From NCBI GenBank assembly GCA_043747615.1, contig JAYTOU010000049.1, forward strand, positions 1 through 64,000: a stretch of DNA of 64,000 bases, read 5' to 3'. Shown piece by piece: positions 36,902 through 47,700 of this stretch (its first letter is position 1; every line of letters begins with the position of its first letter). The translations under genes were made by a program, and so were the position numbers. The notes under the pieces were generated by a model. It searched no databases and had not been told where the DNA came from. It saw only the letters and a program-made list of their open reading frames with translations. This DNA comes from Myxococcales bacterium. Its GTDB lineage: Bacteria; Myxococcota_A; Polyangia; Polyangiales; Polyangiaceae.

Positions 36902-38682
36902 TCTCTTTCTCGTCGATTCGAAATAGCTTCGAGCACACGCCACGCACGCTCGCCCTCGTCTGGCGCGCGTCGCCCCGCCTCTCCCTCGCGCTCGGCATAC
37001 TCACCCTCGTTTCGGCTGGACTTCCGCTTGGAATCGCTTACGCCGGCAAGGGAATCATCGACGCGGTCGTCGCCCACAGCGCAGCCTCGACGACGCGCTG
37101 GGTGATCATCGAGCTCGGCTTCATTGCAGCGCAGACCCTTGCCCAGCAGGGTCTTTCGCTCGTCCGCTCGGTCATGGGCGCACGCCTCTCGCTCGACATC
37201 AACATCGCCATTCTGGAAAAAGCGCTCAGCCTCGAGCTACGGCACTTCGAAGATTCGGAGTTTTACGATCAGCTCACGAAGGCCCGTCGCGAGGCTTCGT
37301 CGCGGCCGCTCTCCGTGATCACCCGCAGCTTTCAGACACTGCAGAACGTCCTCACGCTCGTTGGGTACGTCGCGCTCCTCGTGCACTTCAATGCCTGGGC
37401 GGTCGGAGGCTTGGTGCTCGCGGCCATCCCGGCCACAGTCGCCGAGATGCGCTTTTCGAGCATCGCGTTTCGCATGCGGAACTGGCGCTCGCCGGAATCG
37501 CGGAAGCTCATGTACCTCGAGTACGTCCTCGCGAACGACGGCCACGCCAAGGAGGTAAAGCTCTTCGGTCTCGGTCCCATGCTCCTCGGTCGCTACCGAA
37601 AGCTCGGCGAGTCGTTCTTCGAGGAAGACAAATCGCTCGCTCTTCGGCGCACTGGCTGGGCCTACGGTCTGTCGCTCGTCGCCACGGGCGCGTTCTATGG
37701 GGCGTACCTGTTCATGGCTCTGCAGGCTGCGCGCGGGCTCCTCACGCTTGGCGAGATGACGCTCTACATGGTGGCGTTCCGCCAGGGGCAACAGGCCTTT
37801 CAGTCGATGCTCGGAGCTGCGTCCGGGATGTACGAAGACAACCTCTACATGTCGAACCTCTTCGCCTACCTCGCGATCCCGGTGCTGAGCGTCGCCCCTC
37901 CCAGTGCGATCGCTCCTGGCACCGAGGGGTCGGGGATCACGTTCGACAACGTGGGATTCAAGTATCCCGGACGCGACGAGTGGGCGCTCCGTCACATCGA
38001 TATCCAAGTTCCGCGCGGGCAAAGCATTGCGCTCGTCGGGCAGAATGGAGCTGGCAAAACCACGTTCATCAAGCTCCTCACCCGGCTCTACGAGCCGAGC
38101 GAAGGCCGCATTCTCCTCGACGGAAAAGATCTTCGCGAGTGGGAGGAGGCGGATCTCCGGCGGAGGATCGGCGTCATCTTCCAGGACTTCAATCAGTACC
38201 AGCTCAAGGTGCGAGAGAACGTCGGAGTGGGGAGCATCGACGAGCTCGAGAACGATGCGCAGATCGCGCGGGCCGTCGATCGCGGTGGCGCACAGACCGT
38301 CGTTGGAGCGTTGAGCGAAGGGCTTGAGACTCCGCTCGGCCGCTGGTTCAAGGACGGCGTCGAACTCTCCGGTGGTCAGTGGCAGAAGATCGCCCTGGCC
38401 CGCGCGTTCATGCGGGAGGGCGCAGACATCCTCGTTCTCGACGAGCCGACCGCGGCGCTCGACGCCGAAGCGGAGCACGCCATCTTCGAGCGTTTTCGCA
38501 CGCTGACCGAGGGGCGGACGAGCATCCTCATCTCCCACCGTTTTCCCACGGTGAGGATGGCTGATCGCATCTACGTGCTCGAAGGCGGGCGCGTCGTTGA
38601 GTCGGGATCCCACGCGGCGCTCGTCGCAAGCGAGGGCCGCTACGCAAAGCTCTTCGCCCTGCAAGCGCAGGGTTACCTCTAG
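36898..38682 (+). CDS. ABC transporter, fused permease/ATP-binding
   Basis: GQNGAGKT, LSGGQWQK, LDEPT, SHR; N-terminal TM domain. Confidence 0.93.
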   Translation: MISFSSIRNSFEHTPRTLALVWRASPRLSLALGILTLVSAGLPLGIAYAGKGIIDAVVAHSAASTTRWVIIELGFIAAQTLAQQGLSLVRSVMGARLSLDINIAILEKALSLELRHFEDSEFYDQLTKARREASSRPLSVITRSFQTLQNVLTLVGYVALLVHFNAWAVGGLVLAAIPATVAEMRFSSIAFRMRNWRSPESRKLMYLEYVLANDGHAKEVKLFGLGPMLLGRYRKLGESFFEEDKSLALRRTGWAYGLSLVATGAFYGAYLFMALQAARGLLTLGEMTLYMVAFRQGQQAFQSMLGAASGMYEDNLYMSNLFAYLAIPVLSVAPPSAIAPGTEGSGITFDNVGFKYPGRDEWALRHIDIQVPRGQSIALVGQNGAGKTTFIKLLTRLYEPSEGRILLDGKDLREWEEADLRRRIGVIFQDFNQYQLKVRENVGVGSIDELENDAQIARAVDRGGAQTVVGALSEGLETPLGRWFKDGVELSGGQWQKIALARAFMREGADILVLDEPTAALDAEAEHAIFERFRTLTEGRTSILISHRFPTVRMADRIYVLEGGRVVESGSHAALVASEGRYAKLFALQAQGYL

Positions 38683-38696
38683 CTTAGCTACCTAGC

Positions 38697-39590
38697 TCAA
38701 CGTGCGATTGCCTTGGGTGGCCGGAGAATGTCGCCGGGGATTCCCGTCGCGTTGTCGGTCACGCCTGGCGCGTTGACGCGGCTGCCGTTGAGATCGGTGA
38801 CGTCGACGATCACCTCGACGGCGATGTTTCCAGCGCCCATGGCTCCTTGCGCATTCATCACCCGCAGACCGAGGTCGAAGCCGGTGAGCCCGGGAACGAC
38901 CTTCGGCAGGTACGGAGCGATCAGCGGATCGGGGGCGTTCGAGCGGTTCTGTAGATTGAAGACGTGATTGAAGAGCCCATTCAAGTTGGCATTCGGGTCT
39001 GTGGGCGGCGACTTCGTGATCCCCATTACCGTCGCCAGATCGATCGCCATTTCCGTCACGTCGTCGGAGGTAATCGTCCCCTGCACGCGCGACTTCGGAA
39101 GAAGGACGAACGGTTTGTCCCAGCCACTGAAGTCCGGCGTGGTCTGCTCGTCGCTCACGATCTGGATGCCCGGCCGGTAACGCACGAACTCGTTCCACGG
39201 ATCGAGCAGCAGCTCCACGATGTGCGCTTGGTCGTCGAGATTCGAGAGCGTGAAACGAACCTCCACCCGCGCATCGCTCGCCTTCAAGAACGGCTCACGC
39301 GGAAGACCCGGCGCTTGCCCTAGCGCTTGGCCCTCGACATCGGTCGGCCTCCGGAAGGGGAGCTTCACCGGTGTCTCCACCTGGTAGATCGTGGTCTGAC
39401 CGTCGCTGTAGATGGGGGCTACCTTGTCGGTCATCCCGACGACGGAGGGAGAGGTCGTCTGGTTGTCGTCGCTGTTCGCACAGGCGCACACGCTCGCCGC
39501 AACCGCGAGGCCGACGAGCCTTCGGGGGAATCTCCCCGCGGCGCTGGGGGCCCGAGGCAACACGTGAGGCTTGAAAAGTAGGGAAACCAT
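38697..39590 (-). CDS. Hypothetical lipoprotein
   Basis: Hydrophobic stretch ending VCAC; well-formed globular sequence; start uncertain. Confidence 0.7.
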   Translation of the reverse strand: MVSLLFKPHVLPRAPSAAGRFPRRLVGLAVAASVCACANSDDNQTTSPSVVGMTDKVAPIYSDGQTTIYQVETPVKLPFRRPTDVEGQALGQAPGLPREPFLKASDARVEVRFTLSNLDDQAHIVELLLDPWNEFVRYRPGIQIVSDEQTTPDFSGWDKPFVLLPKSRVQGTITSDDVTEMAIDLATVMGITKSPPTDPNANLNGLFNHVFNLQNRSNAPDPLIAPYLPKVVPGLTGFDLGLRVMNAQGAMGAGNIAVEVIVDVTDLNGSRVNAPGVTDNATGIPGDILRPPKAIAR

Positions 39591-39905
39591 GCTGTTCGGC
39601 ATCCTCCAGCAAAACACTAAGCGATAGCCGTGCCGCGTCTTCTTCGAAGCGTAGCAGTCCGCTGCGCGTGGTGGAGTCCGCTATGTTCGTCCCCTCGTGC
39701 CCGCGAGATCTCGGCGCGAACGAGCTCGGCGAGCGCCTCCTCCTCGACGGCGCGCGCGGCAAGCTCGCAGGCCCGACCCGGCTCGCCCCGTTCGAGCGCG
39801 TGCTCCGCCGCATCCACCAGCACCGGACTCTACGCTCAGCATGTGTCCGAAAATAGGACACTCTTTTCACCGGGGAAACCAGGCTTTTTATGAGAGGATA
39901 TAGCG

Positions 39906-40787
39906 GTGAGCGCGCTCCTCGAGACCACCACGCTTCGCGTCGACATCGGGGGCGTACCGTGCGTCGACGGCCTGTCGATGGTCACTACGGGCGACCACGT
40001 GATCGTCCTCGGCGCACCGTCGGGGCTTTTCGAAGCCGTGAGCGGGATGCGCAAGGTCACCCGGGGCGAGCTTCGTGTCGCAGGTCGGGCGCCGGTCGAG
40101 GCCCTGCGCACCGGGGTGCTGGCAGGCGTTCCCCTCGATCCTCCGATGCCTCCCCGGTGGACACCACGAGGCTACGTAGAATGGAGCGCGCGGCTCGCCG
40201 GGCTGAGCAAACGTGATGCCCGATCTCGCGCGAGCGATGCCCTCGAGCTCTTGAAGATGACGGCTGTCGCGGAGACACCGCTTCGCACGGCTCCCCTCCA
40301 CGTCCGGCGCGCGATGGCTGTCGCCGCAGGTCTGGCCACCGGCGCCGAGGTAATCGTGATGGAAGATCCGGCGGTGTCCCTTCCCGAAGACGCAGCGCGA
40401 AACCTCTCCCGCCTCGTCGCAACGGCCCTCGACACGAGCACCGGCCAAAAACGCCGCTGGATTCTTTTCGCCGGGCGAATTCCCCTCGAATCTCCGCTGG
40501 CCATGCACGCCGACGAAGCGGTGATCGTGATGGGATCGTCCGTCACCGGCCAGGGTCCGCTCGCCGAGCTCGCCACACGCGATCGCTCCTACGCGCTTCG
40601 GGTGGTGGGAAAAGAGGACGAGTTCCTCCAGGCCGCAGAGGCGCGTGGCGCTCAGGTCGTCCGCCATGGAGCGCATCTCACCGTTGATCTTGGTCCGACG
40701 CTTCACACCCGTGACTTGCTCGAGCTCGCAGAGCAAGCAAGCTCCGTGATCGTGGAGATGCGCCCGCTGGCGCGCGCGTTCGTATGA
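39906..40787 (+). CDS. Degenerate ABC-ATPase-like protein
   Basis: ABC-like framework (LETTTLRV, GELRVAG, VIVMEDP) without Walker A GKT, LSGGQ or H-loop. Confidence 0.7.
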   Translation: MSALLETTTLRVDIGGVPCVDGLSMVTTGDHVIVLGAPSGLFEAVSGMRKVTRGELRVAGRAPVEALRTGVLAGVPLDPPMPPRWTPRGYVEWSARLAGLSKRDARSRASDALELLKMTAVAETPLRTAPLHVRRAMAVAAGLATGAEVIVMEDPAVSLPEDAARNLSRLVATALDTSTGQKRRWILFAGRIPLESPLAMHADEAVIVMGSSVTGQGPLAELATRDRSYALRVVGKEDEFLQAAEARGAQVVRHGAHLTVDLGPTLHTRDLLELAEQASSVIVEMRPLARAFV

Positions 40788-41434
40788 CCATGGACCGCGA
40801 CGCCAAAGACGAGTCGGTCGCCGTTCGTCTCGTATCGACCGATGCGCTCGGCACGGGTCGGCTAGGAATTTACGCGGCCCTCGGCGCGGCAACCGGCATC
40901 GTTCCCTTTCCGTGGATCCCCGGCGCACTTGCGCGGCGGCTGCGTGGTGCTCTCGCCCAAGACGTGTGCGCGCGCCACGGTCTCTCCCTCACCGCGGAAG
41001 CGCGGGGCATCTTCTGCGAGCCGGCGGCCAGTGGCGCAGACCACGGCATGTGGTCGCAAGCCGTCCGCTACGCCAGTCGAAAGCTCCTGTCGCGCTTCAC
41101 GCCGCTCGGCTTCTTGCCGCCGCTCCGCTCGGCTGCGCACACCTTCGCGCTCGGCCATCTCCTCAATCGCTACATCGAGTCCTGGCGCACGGAGCGCTCG
41201 GTGCGGATCGATCTAGAAGAAGCGACGCGGGTGAGGCGCGCGATCGACACAGCCGTGCTCAGCGCGATCAACGCCGAGCTCAAAGCCGAGAATGCGCCGC
41301 GCCTCTCCCCCGCCGAAGACCTCCGCGATCCCACGACGCAGCTCCTCGATGGCGTGATCATCGCGACGGCGGGGGTTCCCGATTGGCTGGTCCGCCGTCT
41401 CAACGCGGCGTTCGATCAGTGCATCCCAGGGTGA
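40784..41434 (+). CDS. Hypothetical protein (DUF697-like)
   Basis: ATGIVPFPWIP...HGLSL; overlaps both neighbours by 4 nt. Confidence 0.65.
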   Translation: MTMDRDAKDESVAVRLVSTDALGTGRLGIYAALGAATGIVPFPWIPGALARRLRGALAQDVCARHGLSLTAEARGIFCEPAASGADHGMWSQAVRYASRKLLSRFTPLGFLPPLRSAAHTFALGHLLNRYIESWRTERSVRIDLEEATRVRRAIDTAVLSAINAELKAENAPRLSPAEDLRDPTTQLLDGVIIATAGVPDWLVRRLNAAFDQCIPG

Positions 41435-42543
41435 GCGGAGTGAGGGAGCAGCGAACGGCTGTCACCTCGGCGCGCCGCATCGTGATCAAGCTCGGGTCGC
41501 GGACCATCGCCTCGGACGAGACCGTCTATGCCCGGCTCGCATCGTCCATCGCGAAGGCGCGCGCCGCCGGAAAATTCGTGGTGCTCGTCTCGAGTGGTGC
41601 CATTGCGCTCGGCACGAAAAAGCTTGGATTTCGCGCTCGGCCGAAGGAAATGGCCAAGCTCCAGGCGGCGGCCGCAGCAGGCCAAAGTGTTCTCATGCGC
41701 GCCTACGAAGAGGCCTTCGGTGTCGAGCGCATTGCCGTCGCTCAAGTGCTGCTCACGCACGCGGATCTCGCCGATCGGGTGCGCGGAAATAATGCGCGAG
41801 CGGCCTTGGCGGCGCTGCTCGAAGCAGGCGCGGTGCCCATCCTCAACGAAAATGATTCGGTCGCGGTCGAGGAGATCAAATTTGGCGACAACGATCAGCT
41901 CGCGGCAATGGTCGCGCCCCTCGTCGACGCCGATCTACTCATTCTTCTTTCCGACGTCGAAGGGTTGCTCGACGCGAAAGGGAAGCGTGTTCCGCTCGTG
42001 CACGATCATGCCGAGGCCCTGAAGCACGTGCGCCCTTCGACCCGGCGTTCTTCAGGGGACGTAGGAACGGGCGGGATGGCGAGCAAGCTCGAAGCGGCGC
42101 GGCGTGCGACGCTCGGTGGAGCGCAGGCAGTGGTGGCCGACGCCCGCATGGAAGGCGTGATCGATGCGATCCTCCGCGGCGACGACGTGGGGACCCTCTT
42201 TTCCGCGGCGCGTGAGCCGCTGAGCGCAAAAAAGCACTGGATCGCCTTCACGCTACGCGCGCGCGGAGACGTGATTCTGGATCGCGGCGCTGCGGAAGCC
42301 GTACGCATCAAAGGCAAGAGCGTCTTGTCCGTCGGCGTACTCGGCGTGCGCGGAGACTTTCGGGCGGGCGACGCGGTTCGCCTCCTCGACGTCGATGCGA
42401 CCGAGCTCGGACGTGGTCTCGCCTCGTGCGCATCGGAGGACGCCGTTCGCGTCGCCGGCAAAGCAAAACAGGATCTCCCCGAGGCGCTTCTCGCGTTCGC
42501 GGAGCTCATTCACCGCGACGACATGGTGGTCTGGAAGGCCTAG
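41431..42543 (+). CDS. proB: Glutamate 5-kinase with PUA domain
   Basis: VIKLGS, VSSGAI, AAAAGQ, NENDSV, FGDND.LAA, GTGGM.SKL, IHRDD. Confidence 0.96.
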   Translation: MSGVREQRTAVTSARRIVIKLGSRTIASDETVYARLASSIAKARAAGKFVVLVSSGAIALGTKKLGFRARPKEMAKLQAAAAAGQSVLMRAYEEAFGVERIAVAQVLLTHADLADRVRGNNARAALAALLEAGAVPILNENDSVAVEEIKFGDNDQLAAMVAPLVDADLLILLSDVEGLLDAKGKRVPLVHDHAEALKHVRPSTRRSSGDVGTGGMASKLEAARRATLGGAQAVVADARMEGVIDAILRGDDVGTLFSAAREPLSAKKHWIAFTLRARGDVILDRGAAEAVRIKGKSVLSVGVLGVRGDFRAGDAVRLLDVDATELGRGLASCASEDAVRVAGKAKQDLPEALLAFAELIHRDDMVVWKA

Positions 42544-42545
42544 CT

Positions 42546-44669
42546 CTACCAGACGTCGCAGCGCTTGTTGGCCGGGCGAACCATCGGCGAGCTTGCTTTG
42601 CACGAGAAGGCCTCCGCGAACTCGGGCGTGTTCGACAGAGGGCCGATGACGCGGTAGCGCGGCGGAGCGTGGGCGTCGGTTGCGGCCCTGAGACGCGCCT
42701 CTTCTTTTCGGATGTTGCCGCACCATCCCTGGGCGAAGCCCAAGAAGAATTGCTGCTCGGGCGTAAATTTGGCTGCCGGTGCGCTCTCCGCCTTGGCGTC
42801 GGCGAGGGTGTCTTTGAAGGCGCGGAAGGCAAGCTTGATTCCGCCGAGGTCGGCGATGTTCTCGCCTAGGGTCAGCTTTCCGTTCACGTGCACGTCATCC
42901 ACGACGACGTAGCCGTCGAACTGCGAGGTCACGCACGCCGCGCGTTTCTTGAACTCGTCACTTGCGGTGCGCGTCCACCAGTCCGTCAGGTTGCCGTGCC
43001 CATCGAACTGCCGGCCTTCGTCGTCGAAGCCGTGGGTGAGCTCGTGACCCATCACCATCCCGATTGCGCCGTAATTCACGCCGTTCGTGGCCTGGTTGGC
43101 GTAGAACGGCGCCTGAAGAATTCCCGCCGGGAAGACCATCTCGTTGAGCGACGCGTCGTAGTACGCGTTCACCATCGGCGGCGTCATCCCCCACTCCGTG
43201 CGGTCGAGCGGCTTTCCGACTTTCGCGAGCAGCCGTCGCTCTTCGAACGCACTCGCCCGGCGCGCGTTCTCGAAATAACTTCCGCGGTCTACGGTGAGGG
43301 CGTCGTAATTCCGCCAGGTGTCGGGAAAGCCGATCTTGTTGGCGATCATTCGAAGCTTCTCGAGGGCCCGCGCGCGCGTCGGGTCGTCCATGAACGCGAG
43401 GTGCTCGAGGTTCGTCTTCATCGCGGACTCGATCTCCGCGATCATCGCCCTCACGCGTTCTTTTCCTTCGGCGCCAAGGGTGAGCTTCACGAACGGCCGA
43501 CCGAGCGCCTCGCCCATCGCGCTGTCGGTCGCGCGAACGCACCGCTTCCACCGCGGAAGAATTTTTGCGGCTCCGTTGAGGATGCTGCGAAATCGGAAGT
43601 CTTCGTCGACGAAGCGTGAGGACAGCGTCCGCGCACTGGACTTGATGAGATGCCATCGCAGGTAGACGCGCCATTCGGAATGCCCCGCCACTCCGGTGAG
43701 TCCCTGGAGCGAAGCGTCGACGGCCTTGAAGAAGTCGGGCTCAGCGACGTTGATTGCCGTGATGCCCGGAAATCCGCGCTCCTTCAGGTACGCGTCCCAG
43801 GGGAAAGCAGGAGCGAGCTTCTTCAGTCCGTCGAGCTCGATGCGGTGATAAATTTTTTGCGGATTTCGGAGATCCACCTTGGTCATCGAGGCGCGGGCCA
43901 GCCTGGTCTCGGTCTTCATGATCCCCAGCGCCATCTCCTTGGCCGCCTCGGGTTTGTCGCCGGCGAGCACGAACATGCGCTCTACATGCTCTTGGTACTT
44001 GTCGCGCAGCGCCTTCGATTTGGCGTCCGTCTTCAGGTAGTAGTCGCGCTCCGGAAGACCAAGCCCGCCCTGCTCCGCCAACCCGATGACCTGCGTAGCG
44101 TCCTTGAAATCTTGGGTAGACGTGAAGTTGAAGAAGGCCGACGTGCCGCCGTCGTGAAGCTGCGCGAGGATGGCCCCGATGCTTGCGGAATCGTTTCCAT
44201 CGAGCTTGGCGAGCGCCTCCTTGAGCGCTCGGTCGCCTGAGTCGTCGATCTTTTTTTCATCCATGCAGGATGCATAGAAATCTCCGAGCGCCTTCGCATA
44301 AGGCTCTTTTCCCTGCGTGGAGGGCGAGCCATCCTCTTCGAGGATCTTGCGGAGAAGGAGCTCGTTTCGCTCCGCGATCAGGTCGAAGCTTCGCATCCAA
44401 TCGGATTCGTCGTCGGGGATGGGAGTGGCCTTCATCCAACCGCCGCATGCGTACGCATAGAAGTCGTCGCACGGTGCCACGCTCGGATCGAGCGCACTCT
44501 CGTCGACGCTGGTAAGGACCGGGGCAGCCACGGCAACGGGCTGGGCAGGCGGACCCGTTTCCACAAGCGTCGTCACGCTCGGTCTCGCGGTGGTTGGGCC
44601 CGGCACGATCGGCTCGGCCGGTGCACCACACGCAGAAAGGAGGACCGCCGCTACGACGAGAGTACGCAT
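42546..44669 (-). CDS. M13-family metallopeptidase (neprilysin/ECE-like) lipoprotein
   Basis: Lipobox LSAC; PCDDFY.YACG, VNAYY, HELTHGFD, GENIAD. Confidence 0.95.
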   Translation of the reverse strand: MRTLVVAAVLLSACGAPAEPIVPGPTTARPSVTTLVETGPPAQPVAVAAPVLTSVDESALDPSVAPCDDFYAYACGGWMKATPIPDDESDWMRSFDLIAERNELLLRKILEEDGSPSTQGKEPYAKALGDFYASCMDEKKIDDSGDRALKEALAKLDGNDSASIGAILAQLHDGGTSAFFNFTSTQDFKDATQVIGLAEQGGLGLPERDYYLKTDAKSKALRDKYQEHVERMFVLAGDKPEAAKEMALGIMKTETRLARASMTKVDLRNPQKIYHRIELDGLKKLAPAFPWDAYLKERGFPGITAINVAEPDFFKAVDASLQGLTGVAGHSEWRVYLRWHLIKSSARTLSSRFVDEDFRFRSILNGAAKILPRWKRCVRATDSAMGEALGRPFVKLTLGAEGKERVRAMIAEIESAMKTNLEHLAFMDDPTRARALEKLRMIANKIGFPDTWRNYDALTVDRGSYFENARRASAFEERRLLAKVGKPLDRTEWGMTPPMVNAYYDASLNEMVFPAGILQAPFYANQATNGVNYGAIGMVMGHELTHGFDDEGRQFDGHGNLTDWWTRTASDEFKKRAACVTSQFDGYVVVDDVHVNGKLTLGENIADLGGIKLAFRAFKDTLADAKAESAPAAKFTPEQQFFLGFAQGWCGNIRKEEARLRAATDAHAPPRYRVIGPLSNTPEFAEAFSCKASSPMVRPANKRCDVW

Positions 44670-44741
44670 GACCCTTAGTGCCCCGGACCTCGCCCTTTCA
44701 CAAGGCTTCGAAGCGCGGTGCTTTCGGCGAGACCTGCGCTC

Positions 44742-47700
44742 CTAGGGTCCCTCGACCATTCCGCGACCGCTTGGCGGTCCGTTGAGGTTGATTACCTGGG
44801 AGCCGCGAGAGAGCGTGTCCGAAGCCTGGGTGAGGATGTCGGGCTGCACCGCAATATCGAGCGGTCTGCCGCTGATCGAGCCGTGGCAATTGCCGCACAA
44901 GCCGCTGAAGAAATCGCGCTTGAACGATTGATGGGCGTACTCGCCGGGCGCGAAGGTGAACGACTCGCGCTGCACCCGCGGCAGCTTGTTCATCATCGAT
45001 TGCGGGGTGTCCGGCATCTTGAAAAAAATCGGGAGGCCGCCCGGCACCTGCACGTGCGCCGAGCCATCCGCGCCGAGGGGGACTTGGCCGAGCCGCCGTT
45101 TACGCACGTAGACTTGCCCGAACTCGTCCTTGACGACGCTCGCTCCACCCGCGGCGTAGCTGGTGACGTCCGAGGTGGGGGGCAAGTCTTCGTAGAGGTC
45201 GATGCTGTCTAGGGCTTCGATCGGGCGCCCCGTCGGCGTGTTCTGAAAGAGGAGCGACGCGAGAACCGGAACGTCGAGGTAGTTGATGTCGGCCTCGGTC
45301 TTTCCATCGAAGACCGTGGTGTGGCCATTGGGCTCATCGAGCGTTGACTTGAAGACACCGCGCGAGGCCCGCGCGTAGACGGCTACCGCATCGACCTCCG
45401 CTTTCCCGGCGTCGCCGAGAATCTTCGTCTTCAAACCCGTCGCGGGATCGAGCTCGTAGAGATCGTAGTCGCCGCCAAACGTCGCGGCGTCCGAGGCCAC
45501 TCCGAAGCTGACCAACATTCTTTCCCCCGGCAACGCGGCCGGCGAGGTGTAGACGCCCATCGTCGCTTGCATCGGATGCCCCGACGAATTCGGGTCGGGG
45601 AAGCGGAGCGAGTGAAGGAAAAACGCCGGCTCCACTGAATACTTCGACGCCGGATCGAGGACGGACGCGTCGACCAAGTAGTCGGCCGCGTTCGTGCTCC
45701 CGAAATCGATCCCGAGGGAGCGATTGAAGACTCCGAGCGTGCCGCCTCCATGGCTCGCGCCAGGATCGCTGAAGATGGCCGCGAAGTTTTTGTCCGCGAG
45801 CTCCACCGCGTGCGACGCCTCGTGGTAGCCGATCGAGCTGCGTTGGGCGAAGAGCGGATGGTAGTCGCCGCCATCCACGTTCATCCGGCGCAACGCGAGC
45901 TGGTAGAATCCGGGGGAGCGCTTCTCGGCGGTGAAGATCATGCGACCGTCGCTCATGAAGCTCGGCTCGCGCTCCGTGTTCAGGAGGAAGGTGCCCTGGC
46001 GAATGCGGTTTTGCCCGGGCGCGGCGGGATCGGGCTCGTGGATGTAGAGGTTCGCGTTCGGCTTGCTCGGGTCTGCCGGCGTGCGCTGCGGGCCTGCGTA
46101 GTCGTAAGGCGCTGTCGCGAGGTTGCCGCGGGTCGATGCGAAGACGAGGTGCACCCCTCCGCCGTCGTCGGGAGGGCTGAACGCCGGATCGAAGTTGTGG
46201 ACAAGGATGCCGTTTACGCTCGGCGGGCCTTCGTTGATCTTGACGTGCTTGGCGCACTGCTTTCCGTCGGCGTTCATTTGATAGATCTGAAGCGGCTCGG
46301 CAGCGCTTGCGCGTGCGGCGAAAGCCACGGTCTTCCCGTCCCACGAGACCACGGGCCTGCGAATGTCGGCTGTCGTCGGGTCGAGGCCACACCCCGCGGT
46401 GGCCGAGGCGTCGGCGCCGAGCGTCACGCTTCCCGCAGCGGTGAGGGTGGCCTCCGCGATCCTCAAATCAGCGCCAGGTGCATAGACGTCGAAGTCCTGC
46501 ACGCGGTCGGGACCCGAGGGAATGACCCGTTTCACGTAGATGATGGCGCTGAGCGGGGCGAGCGTTTTTCCGATTCTTTCGCGTTTGTGCCATTCGCGGA
46601 TTACACAATAAGCGGGGATGATATCGAGATTGTCGGTGTCGTAGTTGTAGGCTTTGGCGTCGCACAGTGCGCCCGTCGCGTTGGAGCCAGCTCCCGGAGC
46701 AGGCGGCGGAGTGCCCCCCTCCGCGCTACCTTCGGGACCGGCGTCGATCATGGGCGCAGGCGCCGAACCGTTGAAGTCTTCAAGAAGAGGCCCGCCGCGA
46801 TGAGTGATGCCTTCTCCGCCGAGCTCCGGGCGAAACAGGTTCTTCCGAACCATGCGGCTCGCGTTCACGTCCTCGCTCTCCAGGGAGAGCTGGGCGAGGG
46901 AAAGCTGGTAGTTCCGGCGCGTCGCTGAGAGCGAGAAACTGCCGCCGGCTCCACCTCTCAAACGATAATCATGGAACATTGCGGCCGAATGGCACTGCAG
47001 CATCATGCAGCCCTTCTTTACGAGCACCGGCTGCACTTTATGCGCGAAGAACGCGAAGTTTGGCTCGATTGCACCGAAGTCCGGCGGGCCATGCGCCTTC
47101 ACCCAAGAGAGGATCCCGAGGTACTGCGGGTCGGCCGCTGAGGTGAAGATGACGCCCCCTTCGTGGAAGGAGCCGCCCTGCGCGGGGGACAGCGGCCGGC
47201 GCACGATTTCACTCTGCTCGGGGGTCTGAGAGAGATAGTCGCTGGCGGCGAAATAATTCCAGCGCGTCATCTCTGGTGTGTCGCCACACGTGAGGTAGAG
47301 ATCGTTCGACGCGGTCCCGTGGCAGTTGCTGGCCGAGCACGTATCGTGAATCACCGGGTTTACGCCGCTGACGAACATCTGGAAATCGGGGCGCGTGGGA
47401 TCCTTCGTGGGATCGAAGCCGACCGCGCTGGGGACGAAAGTCGAGCAAGGGCGACGCTCGAGCTTAAGCGGCGGAATGCCGGTGTTGTTGGCGGTGGCGC
47501 CATTTTCGATCCATCGCCGGAGGGTCTGGTAGCCACTCGCCGTTGGATCCAAGATCGGCCCGCCGACATGCTTGATGTCAGTGGTGATCGTCACCTTGTT
47601 TCCGTCGAACGACTGCACCTCGACCTGGAAGCCCGGGACGTTCTTCACGAGGAACGCCGGCTGCCCGTAGGGACCGTAGTTGAGCAAGAGATCCCGGCGG

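Noticed and set aside
39617..39823. 68-aa helical ORF (AAEHALERGEPGRACELA)
   Set aside because: No RBS and an in-frame stop just upstream; could be a remnant but cannot be supported
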